A stretch of 64,000 nt of DNA from Trichinella spiralis. Lineage: Eukaryota. Each line of letters begins with the position of its first letter. Position 1 is the stretch's first letter. Positions 27,001 through 47,678 of this stretch are shown piece by piece. The notes beneath the pieces are model-generated. The model did not search any database, had not been told where the DNA came from, and worked only from the letters and a program-made list of their open reading frames with translations. The stretch covers positions 11,210,161-11,274,160 of the forward strand of contig NW_003526941.1 in NCBI RefSeq assembly GCF_000181795.1. The letters run 5' to 3'. Made by a program: the position numbers and the translations under genes.

Positions 27001-28628
27001 GTTTTTACCGCTCGAAAAATAATTTTTAAGTACAAATGTTGTTTGATCACGAATAAATATGAATATTGATTGTATATATTGTAGTATTTGAATTTCATTG
27101 TGTATAACGAATTATTGATGATTGTAATTAAGTGACACCTTTTTTAAGGTTCAGTAAGTATTCCTTGGTCAGTTTTGGATAAGACTCATCGAAAACTGTT
27201 GGTTACTCAAGTTCCTTTGGATACAGTACTGTCAATGCCAATGTTCTTCCGATTTTATTTGATTTGCAGATTTATGGCATTGCGCAGCCGACAGTTTCGT
27301 GATGCGGCTACGCGGAGCATAGCCGCATTGAATCACATCAGCGTCAATTTTACTTTTGTACTGAAAACACTGATGCATGAAAATCCTCTTCGCGTTTTGA
27401 TCATTTTTACCGTATTTTTCTGGATCATCATGGCTTGGATATTGCGCCAGTGCGAACAGTAAGCGCACTGCATGTAATGCAGTGATGTTGATTGAATTTT
27501 TACGTGAAACGTTTTTTTTCTTCAGGTTTGACACAATCGAGGACCAAATAAAATACATGAATTCGCTCTGGTTTATCATTATCACGTTTATGTCCATTGG
27601 GTACGGTGACGTGACGCCGCACACATACTGCGGTAGGACGGTGGCTATTAGCACGGGCATTGTAGTAAGTGATTATTAGAAAGAGAGAAAAAGAGACAAA
27701 CAGAAAAAGAGAGAGACAGAGAGAGAGAGAGAGAGCAGGAGGGGAAGGTGAGGTAGAGGAAGAATGAAAGAAAGCAAGAGAAAGAGTGAGAAAGAGAAAA
27801 CAAGACAGAGTAAGGAAAAAAAAAATATATATGGGAAAAGTGGAAATTTTTTGCATACGTAGTAGTAGAAGTATGAGGGAATATTTGTTGTGATATCGTG
27901 CATAATATTTGATTGAAACGTAGGGCGCCGGCGTATCTTCAGCCTTGATTGCGGTCATCAGCAGGAAGCTAGAGTTAAGTCGTTCTGAAAAGCATGTCAA
28001 CAATTTCATGGCTGATTCTAAGCTTGCCAGAGAAGTAAATAGCGAGAGATTTGGCTTTGAAATTGAAGATTAGCAAGCAAAAACTTTTGTTCTAGAGGAA
28101 ACATGCTGCCGCTGCTGTGCTTCAGCATACCTGGTTTATTCACAAGTTTCGGTGCTTGCATTTTCCTCGGGATGAAATGAAATTACGTCATCATCAGAAA
28201 AAATTTCTGGCCGCCATTACAGAGTGAGTTTTAAAGAGAGTTTGTATATATTTATTTGTGCATTTTGAGTAGTGTGAAAGAAAAATTGTTCAACTTATAA
28301 ATTCGAGAAGGTTGTTGTTCATTGATTAACAATGGAATGAATGGCAGTGTTATTTATTTTTAGATTTCAAAGAATTAAATGGGAACAGAGAAAAGTTGCC
28401 GACGAAAGCAACGCACTGATTGATGTGGCAAAGTTGCAAAGCGACATGCATGAAATTTTGTTTGAAATGCAGCGAGTTCAGGAATTTTTAGTCTCCAAAG
28501 TGGATATACTGATGAAGCAGTTGGATAAGCTAGAAAAAACGTTGACCACAGGCACAGGCAGCAACAACGCTGTTTTGGTCACTGCAGCAGCATCGAGAAG
28601 AGAAGAAACTTTGCCGGGAATAGTTTGA
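21074..28628 (+). CDS. Small-conductance Ca2+-activated K+ channel (SK/KCNN, nematode KCNL family)
   Basis: Eight phase-consistent GT-AG coding exons: 21074-22036, 26558-26653, 26728-26836, 27149-27458, 27526-27664, 27924-28034, 28096-28223, 28364-28628. Motifs: RKRLF..R before S1, DWRVA, S4 MFFRFYLICR, DAATRSIAALN, pore FMSIGYGDVTPHTYCGR, calmodulin-binding domain RKLELSRSEKHVNNFMADS...AAAAVLQHTW...RHHQKKFLAAI, and a C-terminal coiled coil. Confidence 0.95.
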
Positions 28629-31600
28629 AAGACTTCCCAAGGCGGTAATGGTCACACATACTTCAAGTTGACCAAAATCTATTGACCACATTCTGTTTTC
28701 CTTTCTGCTTTGTAAATTAATTCCTAAAAGATTTCTCTCTTTCTCTCTAAATATGATCATTGTTACTGCAATTAAATAAATAGAAAGAAAAGAAGAAAGC
28801 GCCATTGGCAATCTGATTACAATGTAAAAAATTTACATATTATCTTTGAAGTCGATTCGTCTAAGTAATTTAGTGGTCGTTATTCAATTGTTACTTCAAT
28901 TTTGACGGAGCATCGTTAGTTACGTAAGTAGAGTTCTGATTTCTCTTTTCTATCAATAATATTTTACATAAAACGTTTTCAGAGAGTCATTCAATTCAAC
29001 AAAATTCAATTATTTATTCATGAAGAATAACAAACGTTTATAAGTAAAATTTTATTTACCTGTTTTTTGAACAACTTTTACATTGTTTATATTATGCCTG
29101 CATGATTTTTTAATGTTTTCATGTTCTATTCAGTTATGCTTCTGTTGTTGTGGGTTAAAAGATCCAAGGCGATTTCAGTATAAATATTTTATCAAAATAT
29201 AATAAATAAAATGTAAAAGTTGGCACGTTTTCTACAGTATTATTTACAGTATCTGCATGAATGATTTTTTTTCAAATTTATATTCTGTGTAACAAATTCA
29301 AATAGACCTGTTTTTTTAATATTCTTAATATGTTCCATTTTAGTGTCATAATTTTGTACGTAAAGATATCCTAAAATGAGAATGATGAATAATACAATTA
29401 TGGATAAGCAGTTCTACTGAGCAAAGACTGTGCGTTGCTTCTGCCATGCGATATTTTATACTACGCGATTAATATTTTATCAAATTTATTATTCCCGAGG
29501 TATGTATATTGTTGAGAAACTTTTCAGTGCACTACTTTTCATAGCCAGTATGTAATGCTAGAATTATTTATTTGCACAGTTTCATTTAATTTATTTCAAT
29601 TCTTTTTTTCTCTATACAATCCAATTTACCGTCGTAATGCGCAGAAGTATTAGTTTGCAAATTTTCAATATTCATTTGCATTATTCATTGTTTTATTTAT
29701 TATTTATTTTTCCATGTAAAAGTGTATGTATGTACATATTAATAGCAAAAGTATTGCATACTGAAGTGAAAGATGAAATTGTGATGATATGTTCTAGTTT
29801 GTTTTTACTTTGGAAATGATAAATATATCTTTTTAATAAGTAGACTAAATTGTTTTCATTTTTAAATGCTTTACTTGTTTACATTTATCATTGTTATCTA
29901 CTATTTTGACAAAGCACAGTTGTTAGTCGGCAGTTGACACGTCTTCATGTGCAGCAGAAGGTTCTGCATGTTGCAGGTATAGATTTCACAATTGACTAGA
30001 ATTGCTTAATAAATTCTCCATGAAATGGTGATAGCTTGACTTTTTGAATGAGCATATCTACAATTATACATATCATATTGCCTTTATTAATCGTTTCTTT
30101 CTTTCTTTCTTTCTTAATGTTTTTTTGTTTTGACGTCAGTAAGAAAAGCCATCAGCGAAGGTGAATTTTGGAAAATAATCTTTTCTAATTTTTGTGCTTA
30201 TTAAAATTACTGAAAAAGTGGAATTTTCAAAATAACATTTATTAAATAATTTCTCATCGAATTGAGAAAAATGAAACCCAGCAATTGGACAGTAGTGGAA
30301 TTGGAAATTCAAATTATTTTTCTAAGTGCATTGGTAAATAATTTGATTGAATCATTTACAAATAAATAAGTTGTGTATTTTATTTAAATTTCTTGGTGTA
30401 AAATAATTTTTTTCTTTTTCTTCTTCTTCTTAGAGTGCATCAGCAAATTCCTCGAGAAACTGATAAAGATAAATTATTAACATCACAAATCTGTACAAGT
30501 GATAAATGCTGCCGCTGCTACTGCTTGCTGCTGTTAAATATTGATGACGTTTTTACATCAAATTCACCATCTTCAAACGCCTGCTTGTCTGGTCAGTTTG
30601 TTCTCTTCTTTTGCATGCTTTACACACTGTAATTTTGGTTTGAAATTTGCATGAAGTTATCCATTATTTAGGTGAGTGAAATTTGCATGCAAATGTTGAA
30701 TATTTGTCAGTGTTGTTAAATGAGACAGACAACTTGCTTCACTTGGACACATTATCAGTGATGTTGTTGAAAAAAATTTTGAGCAAAATTATGAAAAAGA
30801 GATTGACGTTTTGCATTTGTGTTTGCTTTGAAGAGAAAATGAGAAAAAGAATGCCAAAATCCATGGCAAATTTCCGTTCATTTTGTTCATTTGGCTTTCT
30901 TTCGCGCAGTGTGACATAATTAATATTTGACATTTGTTGATTTGCTGGCTTGGAAGGGCGTGTCTTAGTGTTTTTTTTTGAATTTTTTTTGTTTCTTTTC
31001 GTTTGGAACTTTGACAGTGAAGAACGTCAAATACACCCGAGGGATATGGGTTTTCAGATAAAGATTTGGGTTCAGTGAAAATCGATTGAAGATTGTCTGT
31101 CTCTGTATACAGACAGTAATAATTAATTGACAGAAAAGAATAGCTTCTGTGCTTGTGTTCATTCTGTTCAAATATCTCATTTCTGTCCATGCCACATTTA
31201 TATATATATGATATGATGTGTGATGGTCATGATAATTTGTGCATTTTTTTATTGAAAAAAACAAAAACTTTTTGCAGCTAGTGGTGGGCTTATTTGATAC
31301 GTCTGCGGATGTGCCGGAAATAGCGGACGGATTGCGCAAGTGTCGGACGGCTGCCGCCAATTGGTTGCTTTGTTGACAACAACACCCGACCCAGCTTTGG
31401 GCGACGATGGTGACGATGACGATGAAATGTATATAATAAGCAAGCAGTTGGATGACAACAAACAGACTGACACTTTGCAAGCTTTGCTTGGCTCACCCAG
31501 CCCCCAGTTTGCTTGGAAGCTGTCGTCAGCTGTCGTTGTGCAGGTATATGGAGGCTTTCAATTTGCAGCCGTCTCTGTTTTGTCTGGCTGTTTTGAAATT

Positions 31601-31684
31601 CGTTTTCATTTTTCAGCTTTGTTCGTTTGCGTTCACTTTTCCATCCATTTTAATAAATAGTCCACTTGGTTGCATCATTCCAAC

Positions 31685-34576
31685 ATGGCCAATCAGAATG
31701 GTCAACCCGGAAGGTGAATAAATTTTTGCATGCTTATTCTTTTCACTTTTTTTTCACAGTGATCTTAATTTTTTATTATTACAATTAAACAAATTGACCA
31801 CAGAATACAGTTTGAATGGACGTATGACACGATTAACGGCAGCCAACTGCACGTACCCTTATATTGTGTGTGTCATGATGCTCCAGTTTATTTCCAGTTG
31901 CTGATGTCAGATAAAGTTATTTAGTAGAGAAAGAGAGAGAGAGAGAGAGAGAAGTTGGATTGAATCTCTGAAAATCGATTCTCTGAAAACTACATCTCTT
32001 TCCAAGGCCCTAAACAACATTCATTTATCACTTGGGAACCAACTGTCTGTCGTTTTGTAATCGAATTCTTAACTTGCTATCACGTTTCTCGTTCAACTTG
32101 AACGCATGCTTTCACTTTTGCATGCTTGCATATATAAATAGTATAGTGATTGTGTCGATTTCATTACACTACAACACTACTACTAATATTATTCATTTAT
32201 TCGATATATGCATCATCAATGTATAAAATGTATGGGCATTGTAGCTCGCTGTTGGACGGTCAGTCAGCAAAAATGAGTCGCCTTGACGAACCTATGGAAC
32301 AATTGGATGAACATTTGATGAAACATGCATTGAAAGAGGTGAAGTACCGACCCGGTGCTAAATTTATGGTCTTCAGTAAGTTTGTTGAATTGTAATCAAT
32401 GCAATCAGTTTGTAGTGTAATGTAATGTAGTGTAATTTTACAGATGACATTGCTTTTCAAAGGGAATTCTTAGAAGTGCACAATAAAGTTCGTGCAAGAC
32501 ATGGATGTCCTCCGCTAAGTTGGTCTCAACGGCTAGCTGACGAAGCAACTGCTTGGGCTGACAAACTTCTCGCTAAAGGAAGGATACTTTATCGTGATGA
32601 ACAAGGTATGAAATGAATTTTATTATCATAATTTTTAAAATGACAACTTTCGCATGATGGAATTGGTGTGAAATAAGCTCCACTGATACTTTTTTCTTGA
32701 ACAAATGCTTTTCAATTCTACTTCAGATAATAAATCTATTTATCCATGGGCGTGATAAGTTTTCTTTCGACAGTTAGTATCTGATATTATTACAAGTTCA
32801 AATTTCAAGATCATTGTCAATTTTGAAACACGCGGAATATTTGTCTATCTATCCATCAAATTTTTCTTTTTGTCACCCTCCTCTGGTCTGCGTTTAAATC
32901 AATACATCCATCCCATTCTTCGCGCGCTTTGCGTGTTATTATTTATTCTAAAGGAGCGAATGTTTTTATGTTTGAACAATTTTCATTAATTAACAAAGCT
33001 AACAATCAGTGCTCGGCAGAAAATGTTCTTTCATTTCAAACGTGCAAAAGTGTATATACACTTTCTACTTGGTGTTGCAAACATGTTGTTATTGTTGTAC
33101 CTTTCATTTATTCGCTGTGTATAAAAATATTTATTCTCCTTTTCACTGCGAACGGAGATAATGAGATTGCTAGCTGCATGTATGCTTAAGCATGATTTAT
33201 TGCTTTTTAAATAGACTTTTTCATAGCAATCTCACAGCACCATTATCAATGATTTTATATTTGAAAATTAAATTTTATAACGGTGGTTTATGTGGAAAAT
33301 GTTTTTGTAATTTTGATAGCTGCTTCACTTTTTCTTTTTTTTATATTTCAAAACAAAATTGGGCTTGAAGTTTACTAAAGAAAAAAGCTGGGGCGAATAG
33401 AATTGAAAGAAGCTATAATAAGAATATTAAAAATTGAATTTTGAATCAGTACGCGCGGAAATGAATAGAAATGAAGCTTTCTGATTTCGTGGCGCATGGC
33501 TATTTATTTTCTATTCAATTCGATGCTATTCCTTTGCATCATGAGAGCAATAAAATTAATACAAAAGTTGTCATAATCAAAGTGGAGTCAATTGTTTGAT
33601 TTTTTTTGCTTTGGTCGATAAATAATAATTTGAAATTTTTATTTTTTGCTTTCTATTTGCTCATTTATTCTTTATTATTTACAATGAACAGTTGATATTG
33701 TGGGAAAAGATTTGAATAAGCACAAAACGCTAGCTAGCAGCTATTCAAGTAGAAACGGTCGGTAATTTAGCAAAAGCAACAACAGTATGAAGTGGGGCTG
33801 TTGAGAATTGGCTTCCAATATAGGGAGGGTCCATTTTAATTTTCACTAATTTTATACTTGGCACAACTTGAAACGGCACAACGACGTTAATTAGGCTTTC
33901 ATTGTGTTCAACAATTTGTCGCGGTCAACATTGGAACAGAGAATGATAAGAAAAGTGAAATAAAATATCAATTTTTCCATTGTCTTGCTTCTCTATTAGA
34001 AAGCATTGATGTTTTTGCAGATATTGGTGAAAATATTCTTCTGACGACAATTAAACGATCCACCCGATTGCCGACCGGAACGGAAGTGACGGAAAAATGG
34101 GCTAGTCAAGTTGAAAAGTACGATTTCAAAAATCCCGGCTGGTCCGAAGGTAAATGTAAAAATATCAAATGCAAAATTGTCAAAAAAAGTCGAATTAATT
34201 ATTCAAAATAATAATAATAATAACTTTGTGTGATTGTGTAACTTTTTTTCAAAGAATTTGCATAAATGAATTACAGTATGCACATAAGAAAAAGGATGTT
34301 CGATGGTAAAAAGAAAACAAAAATGATGAATTAATTGTGAAAAAATGGTTTTTTTTTCAAATTTGAATTTCTTCTCGTACGATGATGATGAAAACAGTTT
34401 CAGGTAGCCATAATTTTACACAAATGATTTGGAAAGCATCGACTGAAGTGGGCTGCGCTCGTCGATGGTCGGCTAGTAGTCAACAAGCGGCTGTGGTTGC
34501 TTTCTACTATCCAGTTGGCAATGCGAACAGTACGCAAAGTTTTCGAGACAACGTTCCACCGCCAATATGTCAGTGA
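31685..34576 (+). CDS. CAP/SCP-domain protein, GLIPR2/GAPR-1-like, with no signal peptide
   Basis: Exons 31685-31713 (tentative), 32245-32375, 32444-32605, 34021-34149 and 34404-34576 are all phase-consistent. Motifs: FQREFLEVHNKVRARHGCPPLSWS..LA.EA..WA, IGENI, W..Q...YDFKNPG, NFTQMIWKASTEVGCA, VVAFYYPVGN. The start may instead be ATG 32273. Confidence 0.88.
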
Positions 34577-34929
34577 CAACCGACCAAGAGAAGAGAACAG
34601 CAGCACAGCAGCAAATTGTGAAATTTACGCTTTTTCCACTCCACCCATTTAACAAAATTCTTCAAAAAAAATTACATTTGAAAGATTGGTGATGAATTTC
34701 TTTCTTTTTTCTTTTATTAAAGTGGCTTTGTGTGTGTAAAAAAGGATAAGCGGAACAAAAAATGATATTGGTAGCATTGTAGAGAACAATTAAAAAAACA
34801 CAAAGAGATGACAAAGTCAAAGGGAAGCAGCAGTGTAGTCGGAAGAAAAAGTCGGAGGATATATGGATGAATGATATGCAGAGATTTGAAAATTTGAGAA
34901 CAAGAAAAAGAAAATTGTCCTTGCTGCAT

Positions 34930-36756
34930 TCAGTAGAACAGTATTTCTGGAATCTGACCACCCTGAACGCCGGTACCGTTCGTGCTTTCGGTGGAGCACT
35001 GGAATTGAAAAGTGACATTGTGCACTTGAACCTCGGGCATGCCTTCTTGTCCGAAATAGCTCAACTCGTTTCCTTCCAAAACCATGCCGGCAGTGTAGTA
35101 GACGTCGGCGTCGATCTGCACTGGTTGTTCAAAAAATACAGGAAACACTCTGGAACTGCCGTCCGACACGAACACGGTGTCCAGTTGAGCCAGTACCTGA
35201 CCGCTGCGCTTCAGTTCCAACCTCACTGTATATTTGGCGGCGTTGTTGCTCGAACCGTAAAGGCCAAAGCCGGCTACGAAGATTCGACGGTCAGTGCAAA
35301 ATTGTATACTGTCGCATCGACCCCTGTAACGCCACTGATTGTTGCGGTGGGCACTGGACTGGAACCGATGGCACCGTTTCAACGGCAACCCAAGCCGCTG
35401 ACTCGTGGGAAACAAAAGCGTCGGCTTCTGTTTGGAAAAGAAGTGCAAAACAATATCCACCACCTCTTCGGAGCTGAGAACGCCGGACAAAATGACCAAG
35501 TTGGCAAAATCTTCAATCTGCATCGCCGGAAAGCGGATCATGTTGAAAACGTCACCCAATACGAGGCGCTTATTTGCCGGTGTTGGGCTTTTCATCTGCC
35601 GGTGGCATTCCGTTTCTGCCCAACGCATGGTCGCTTCGAAAATCTTCGACTCGCGAGCGTTCAACGTATCCCGACACAATATCGACTGCAACGCTTGTTT
35701 GTCAATTTCCAAAAAACTGTCCGAAAACAGCGCCATCTCTGCTTGCGCATCAATCACATCCCAGCATCTGAAACAACAACTGATGATAAACAAACAAACA
35801 AACAATTTCATCCAACACGCACCGTTCTACCAATTCCTCTTCTTCAAACAGTCTACTCTGCGAAAGCAAAAAGCAGACATTCTTGGCCGTTAGAGAATTT
35901 TGCAAAAATTCCACACATGCGCGGGTCAAATATGTGACAAAATATTTTTTAGACACGTACAGTGTTGAAATGACAGTTTCGTTATCAACGTAAATCTCAT
36001 CCGTATACAAGTAGCTGAAAGTGACGACGCTTATTAACCGAGACAACATTTGTTCTGCACCAGTAATTGACTCACCGTAGCAGATTGCGAAATGCATCGG
36101 GCTCGACGTCGGGCACTTCAATTTCGGTGCATTTGGCAAAATTTCCATAAAACATGGCATAAAACACTGTGCTACCAGTAGCCAAAACGTACGTGTGCGC
36201 CGGAATACGCTGCTTACCTCCGGCAGTACTGTCAGTACCGACTACAAACCACACGTCGGCCATCACCTCACTAAACAGCATTGCAATGTTCCTCTCTCGT
36301 AAGGTTGCCTGGGAACTGCTCGAAAGAGGACCTGCGCAGATTTGAGGTGGTGAAAGAGAAGTTTCCGATACTGACAAGCCGGCACGATAAAATGCCGAAT
36401 AATGATTTACACCTTCTTTCTACAACAATAACAACAATAATAATAATAATGAAAAAACAAATTCACTTCATTCATTATTCATTTATCAATTAGCGCACTT
36501 CAGACGATGAACGAACTCGTAAATTGCACGCAAAAGGACGATGCAAACGAGCAGGCGGAAGGTACTGTTGATTTTCCCATTCTTCTGGAATTTCTACGTT
36601 ATCCGGATCGCATACCATCACACTTGTAGAATGGCGCGGCGGCTGTTCAAGCGCCGACGAATTGCTTTCATGTTCTTGGACACAGTATCGGAATGGTTCA
36701 GGTTGCGATGCACTGTCACTGGCTGTCGATGAGTACATGTCGGACGATTTTTCCAT
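34930..36756 (-). CDS. BTB-BACK-PHR protein, BTBD3/BTBD6-like (Cul3 adaptor family)
   Basis: Exons 36756-36499, 36419-36076, 36014-35823 and 35767-34930. BTB domain MADVWFVVG..RIPAHTYVLATGSTVFYAMFYG..VPDVEPDAFRNLLRYLYTDE; BACK domain RCWDVIDAQAEMAL; PHR domain RCHRFQSSAHRNNQWRYRGRCDSIQF...STNGTGVQGGQIPEILFY. Confidence 0.95.
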
Positions 36757-39261
36757 CTTTCACGATCACTACTGATAACTTCTGAAATTATGGTGAACAT
36801 TAGAAAAAATTCTTGTTTCTTCTCTTTTCCAACAAATTTTCGACAAACAAAAATAAAATCCAACGAAAAATTAGAAAAAAAAATCGACCAAATGCTGTTC
36901 TGAATAACCGTCTCAGTGGAAAAGCACACAACACAACTGATGATGCATTGTCGTGCATTGGATTTATCGCTTCGTTATTGTTAATTGAACAAAACAGGCT
37001 TGCAATCACTTGCACATAGAAAGGTATAAATTCTTCCTTTCAACCACTTAATGTGCACAGCAGTTTTTCAACGTGATTTACAAAGAATATCGTCGAAAAG
37101 TTACAGATTACCATAACTCACACTGGAAACTGCTAACGTACCGATGGCTCGGAAATAATTGATATTTACTGGAAAATATTTTAATCTTCATAACGAAATT
37201 GCGCAAATATCAACTTTAGCACTTTCACAAGCGACGAAATTAATCCAAAAAATATACAGTAATTTTTAGAAAACATTACCGTACCTTTTTGGATAAGTAC
37301 GTACAAATAGATCAATTCATTGTCATAATAATTCTCAGGCAAAAACAGCCTGAAAATTTAAAAAACCATAAATTTCTCGTTTATTTTATCATAATTTATT
37401 TTAAAATTTTATTTTAATCTAATTTTTTACGAAGATTAATTAGTTCTGTTTAGTAAAAAGGCGAAACAATGCGGAAGTAAGAAAACCAGCAAACTAATTT
37501 ATTTGATGCCACTGTTCTAACAAGTATGGGATAAAAAAGTGGTACATAAATTGACGTTTTAAAGTATGTTGAATATTCAGCGTTTATGTGATTGGCTAAT
37601 TTAAAATTCTATTCTTTCAATTTACAGCATGCTGAGAACTTTAAAATAGCATACTGTAATGTCAATTCCCTTTTGCTTTTTATTTCATTTTGATAGTTGT
37701 TTGTTGCGAGTCAGCGACCAGTACATTTTGTCGGTTGTTATATTGCTTGCCAGTATCTTGCGTGATGAGTTCCACTAGGTAAGTATTTGTTTTCTCTATG
37801 TTTCATTTGTGTTGTTGTTTACTAGCAGTTCTATTTTTATCTGTTAAATTCTTGTTTGCAAAATATTTTTGCTTTGCATTTGACAGCACCAGTAGGGTTT
37901 CAGAGTGTTTAAATTTTAACTGCTTAGTTATTTTTGCATATTTCTGGTGAACGGTTGATTTTGTTTTGTACAATTGCTTGTTTTTTGTTCTGTGTTGATG
38001 ATGAGGGTAGTAAGTTATGAATAAACGCCGGCGAAACACTTTGCGCTGATCTTTGACAGCAGTTTACTATATTATTGTATATTTGTGAGATGTTTTGTAA
38101 AATTAACTTTGTTGTTTATTATTACAGGTTTCTATTTTGCATAATGTTTTTAACATTGTTGGGTTTCAATTTGTGATATTGCTCCGTTAGCAAAATTAAA
38201 TGTAATTATTATTTTAGTTGCAAGAAATTGATGCCCAGAATGCATTCCATTATATTGTATAATAAATTAGAAAAAATTGAAGCTTTACTTTATGAAATTG
38301 TTTATGAATACGTTATGACGTTATGAAATGTGCTGTTGTGAGTGTTTTCTTTCGTTTGGCTTGAAAGTTAGATCTACTTTGATCATAATAAGCGTAACTT
38401 TGCATTACTTTTATACTATAGGTGGCTAGATATGAATGATTTTTAATTTCATTTGAAATATGATCGAAGCATGCATTATTTTTTAGAATTATTAAGCTGG
38501 AAAGATCCTATAATATATAAAGATAGGAAAAAATTAGAAAAAAAATAAGTTCTTCATTTTGTGTTTTCTTTTTTTGAACTATTTTTGATAATAATCATTT
38601 TTAAGCAGTGAAGTTTTAAATTAATTAATTGTGATTTTTTTCAAGCAATCTTAGTAAACTTTCTTTGAATTTAATGAAATTTTGGAACTTGAAATGTACT
38701 AAGCGTTTCAGTTCGATTTAACTGGTAAAATATTTAAGTTGGGAAAATGAATGCAGTATATTGTTAACGAATTGGAATTTTAAAATATTTAAAATTGATT
38801 GATAATCTATTTTCAATTAAAAGAAATATAAAGGTTATTCAAACGTGTGCATGATTATTATTTTTTGATACAGTACGACTAGGGAGAATCTGTTTATCTT
38901 AATGTAATGCTGGTTATCGGCTGTCAGTACTAATGATGTCTTATTGATTAGAATTGTTTTGATAGAATATGCTCAATTTATTGAGTATTTTTTAATATAT
39001 TAATTTATTTTTTAATAATTTTGATAATGTTTTTACGTTTGAAGCTTAGGAAATTAGGATTATCGATAAGAAGCATGCATGCTTGTAAAGGTATTTAACT
39101 TCTGCACTTTTATTCAACTTTTTAAAATATAATTTTTTAACGATTTCGATTGTAGAATACATTTTATCCGCATGTGAATACTTTTAGTGTTTATATTAAA
39201 ATAAGCGTGCTATGTTTCAGAATTGAAGTTATTGCAGTTTTGAAGTTTCTTTCTTTTTAGC

Positions 39262-45996
<6,735 letters not shown>

Positions 45997-46692
45997 ACAC
46001 GATTCGGTTTTTTTTTAGTTTCTTCGTTTGCCATTTTAATTACTACATACTAGCCATATAGTTTTTAAATTAGTTTTTCCATAAATCAATGTTTGATATT
46101 TATTGCTGCTGCCAAATAGTTGTTTTAAAATAATTCATCTAGGATAATGCGTGTTTTTTAGGTATTACATATTGTACTTTGATGAATAGTAGTTGTTATA
46201 AATGTTCTTTTTAGATTTTTAGAATATTGTTAAGTGGTAAAATTTTAATGAATGAAAAAATAAAATGATGTTTATTATGAAAAAAGTTATTTATAGTGTT
46301 GGCGTCGTTGTCGAAAAAGTGGTTTATTTTTAAAAGCACGCTTACGTTTCTTTCGTAATTCAGTTGCTTATGAAAAATTGAAATTGTCAATTTTATTGAT
46401 GAGAAGATGACAGACAAGCAGCAGTGGTTTGTTCGTCGTATTTTTAGTTGCTTATGGTTGTGGAAGTTGCAGAGAATGCAGGAAAATATATTTTGAAGCT
46501 TGAACGCTGGAAATGTTTTTTTTTCTTCACTCAACGAAGAAAGCTTTGATTTTTGATTGATGATGATATATATATATCAGTAGTGGAATAGTTTTTCATC
46601 AGGCTAGTCTGCTGTTGTTGGATTTCAGCAGTTGTTCATATTGCTGCTGACTGCTGTTTGCTGCTCAGTTGCATTGTTTAACTCTGGCAAGA

Positions 46693-47231
46693 ATGAAGCT
46701 GTTTTTGTTCCTTTTCACCGTATTCGGTATTTTGTATTCATCATGCGCACTGCTCGGCCGTATGCAACGTGTTGCGGCTAAGGGAAAATTGTTCTGCGGT
46801 GCGAAACCGGCTGTTGGTGTCAAAGTGAAACTGATTGATATTGGTAAAATATCATATTGTTGTCTAATAATAAATATAGTTTATTATTTGATATACTTTC
46901 TACATCCACATCGAGGATTCGGGGATTATTAATATATATTGATAACATTTGCTTGTTTTCAGATACTGGCTTTGATGATGTTATGGATGAAAAGCGAACC
47001 AATACGAATGGTGAATTTTACGTCGATGGTCAAACTTCTGAAATTACGGATATTGACCCGGTGTTGAAAATCTACCACGACTGTCACGACGGCAAGCCTT
47101 GCCAAAGACGGTGGAAAGTTGAAATTCCAAAACGTTACATCGCATCACCGAACAAGCAGCCGAATGTGTTCGAATTGGGTACAATCAATTTGGAAGCTTA
47201 CTGGCACGATGAGGAACGGAACTGCGTCTGA
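46693..47231 (+). CDS. Transthyretin-like (TTR-52/DUF290 family) secreted protein, copy A
   Basis: Exons 46693-46843 and 46963-47231. Signal peptide followed by QRVAAKGKLFCG..PA.GVKVKL.D.D.G.DD...T...GEF.VDG..SEITDIDPVLKIYHDC.DG.PCQR...GTINLE. Confidence 0.95.
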
Positions 47232-47678
47232 TATTTCGATGGAACATTATTCTAATAATGATAATAATAATTTATAATTTATAGTGCGACTTTTTAATGA
47301 GAAAGAAAAACTTAATTAAATAACAGCAACAAGAACAAGAAGAAAAAAACATAATTTCTGCATGGAATAATAATTTATTGTCGCAGTGTATGTTTAAAGC
47401 GGTATTAAAGAATTTGTCAAGCAGTGCTGTTGTTTGTTGTGTAAAAGAGAAATGTTTTGCATTGAATTGTATGTAATTTTTGCTTCCAGATATGTGAGAA
47501 AAAATTGCTTTTTTTTGAAATATTACACCTCGAAGAACTTTCACAACTGAACAAGGTATAATTTTTTCAGCATTGACTTTATTTTCATCGTAGAATATAA
47601 TACGCGTGATTACATTTTTTTTTGAATTAAAATTCTAATATTACAAACTATGTTATTTTCAGCAGTGAAAATTTGAGA

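Noticed and set aside
27500..28009. 169-aa minus-strand ORF within the SK gene
   Set aside because: It spans a GA-rich purine tract in an intron and the antisense of two exons; it is low complexity.
34867..35937. 356-aa plus-strand ORF antisense to the BTBD3/6-like gene
   Set aside because: It mirrors a highly conserved coding exon and has no recognisable domain, so it is a typical antisense shadow ORF.
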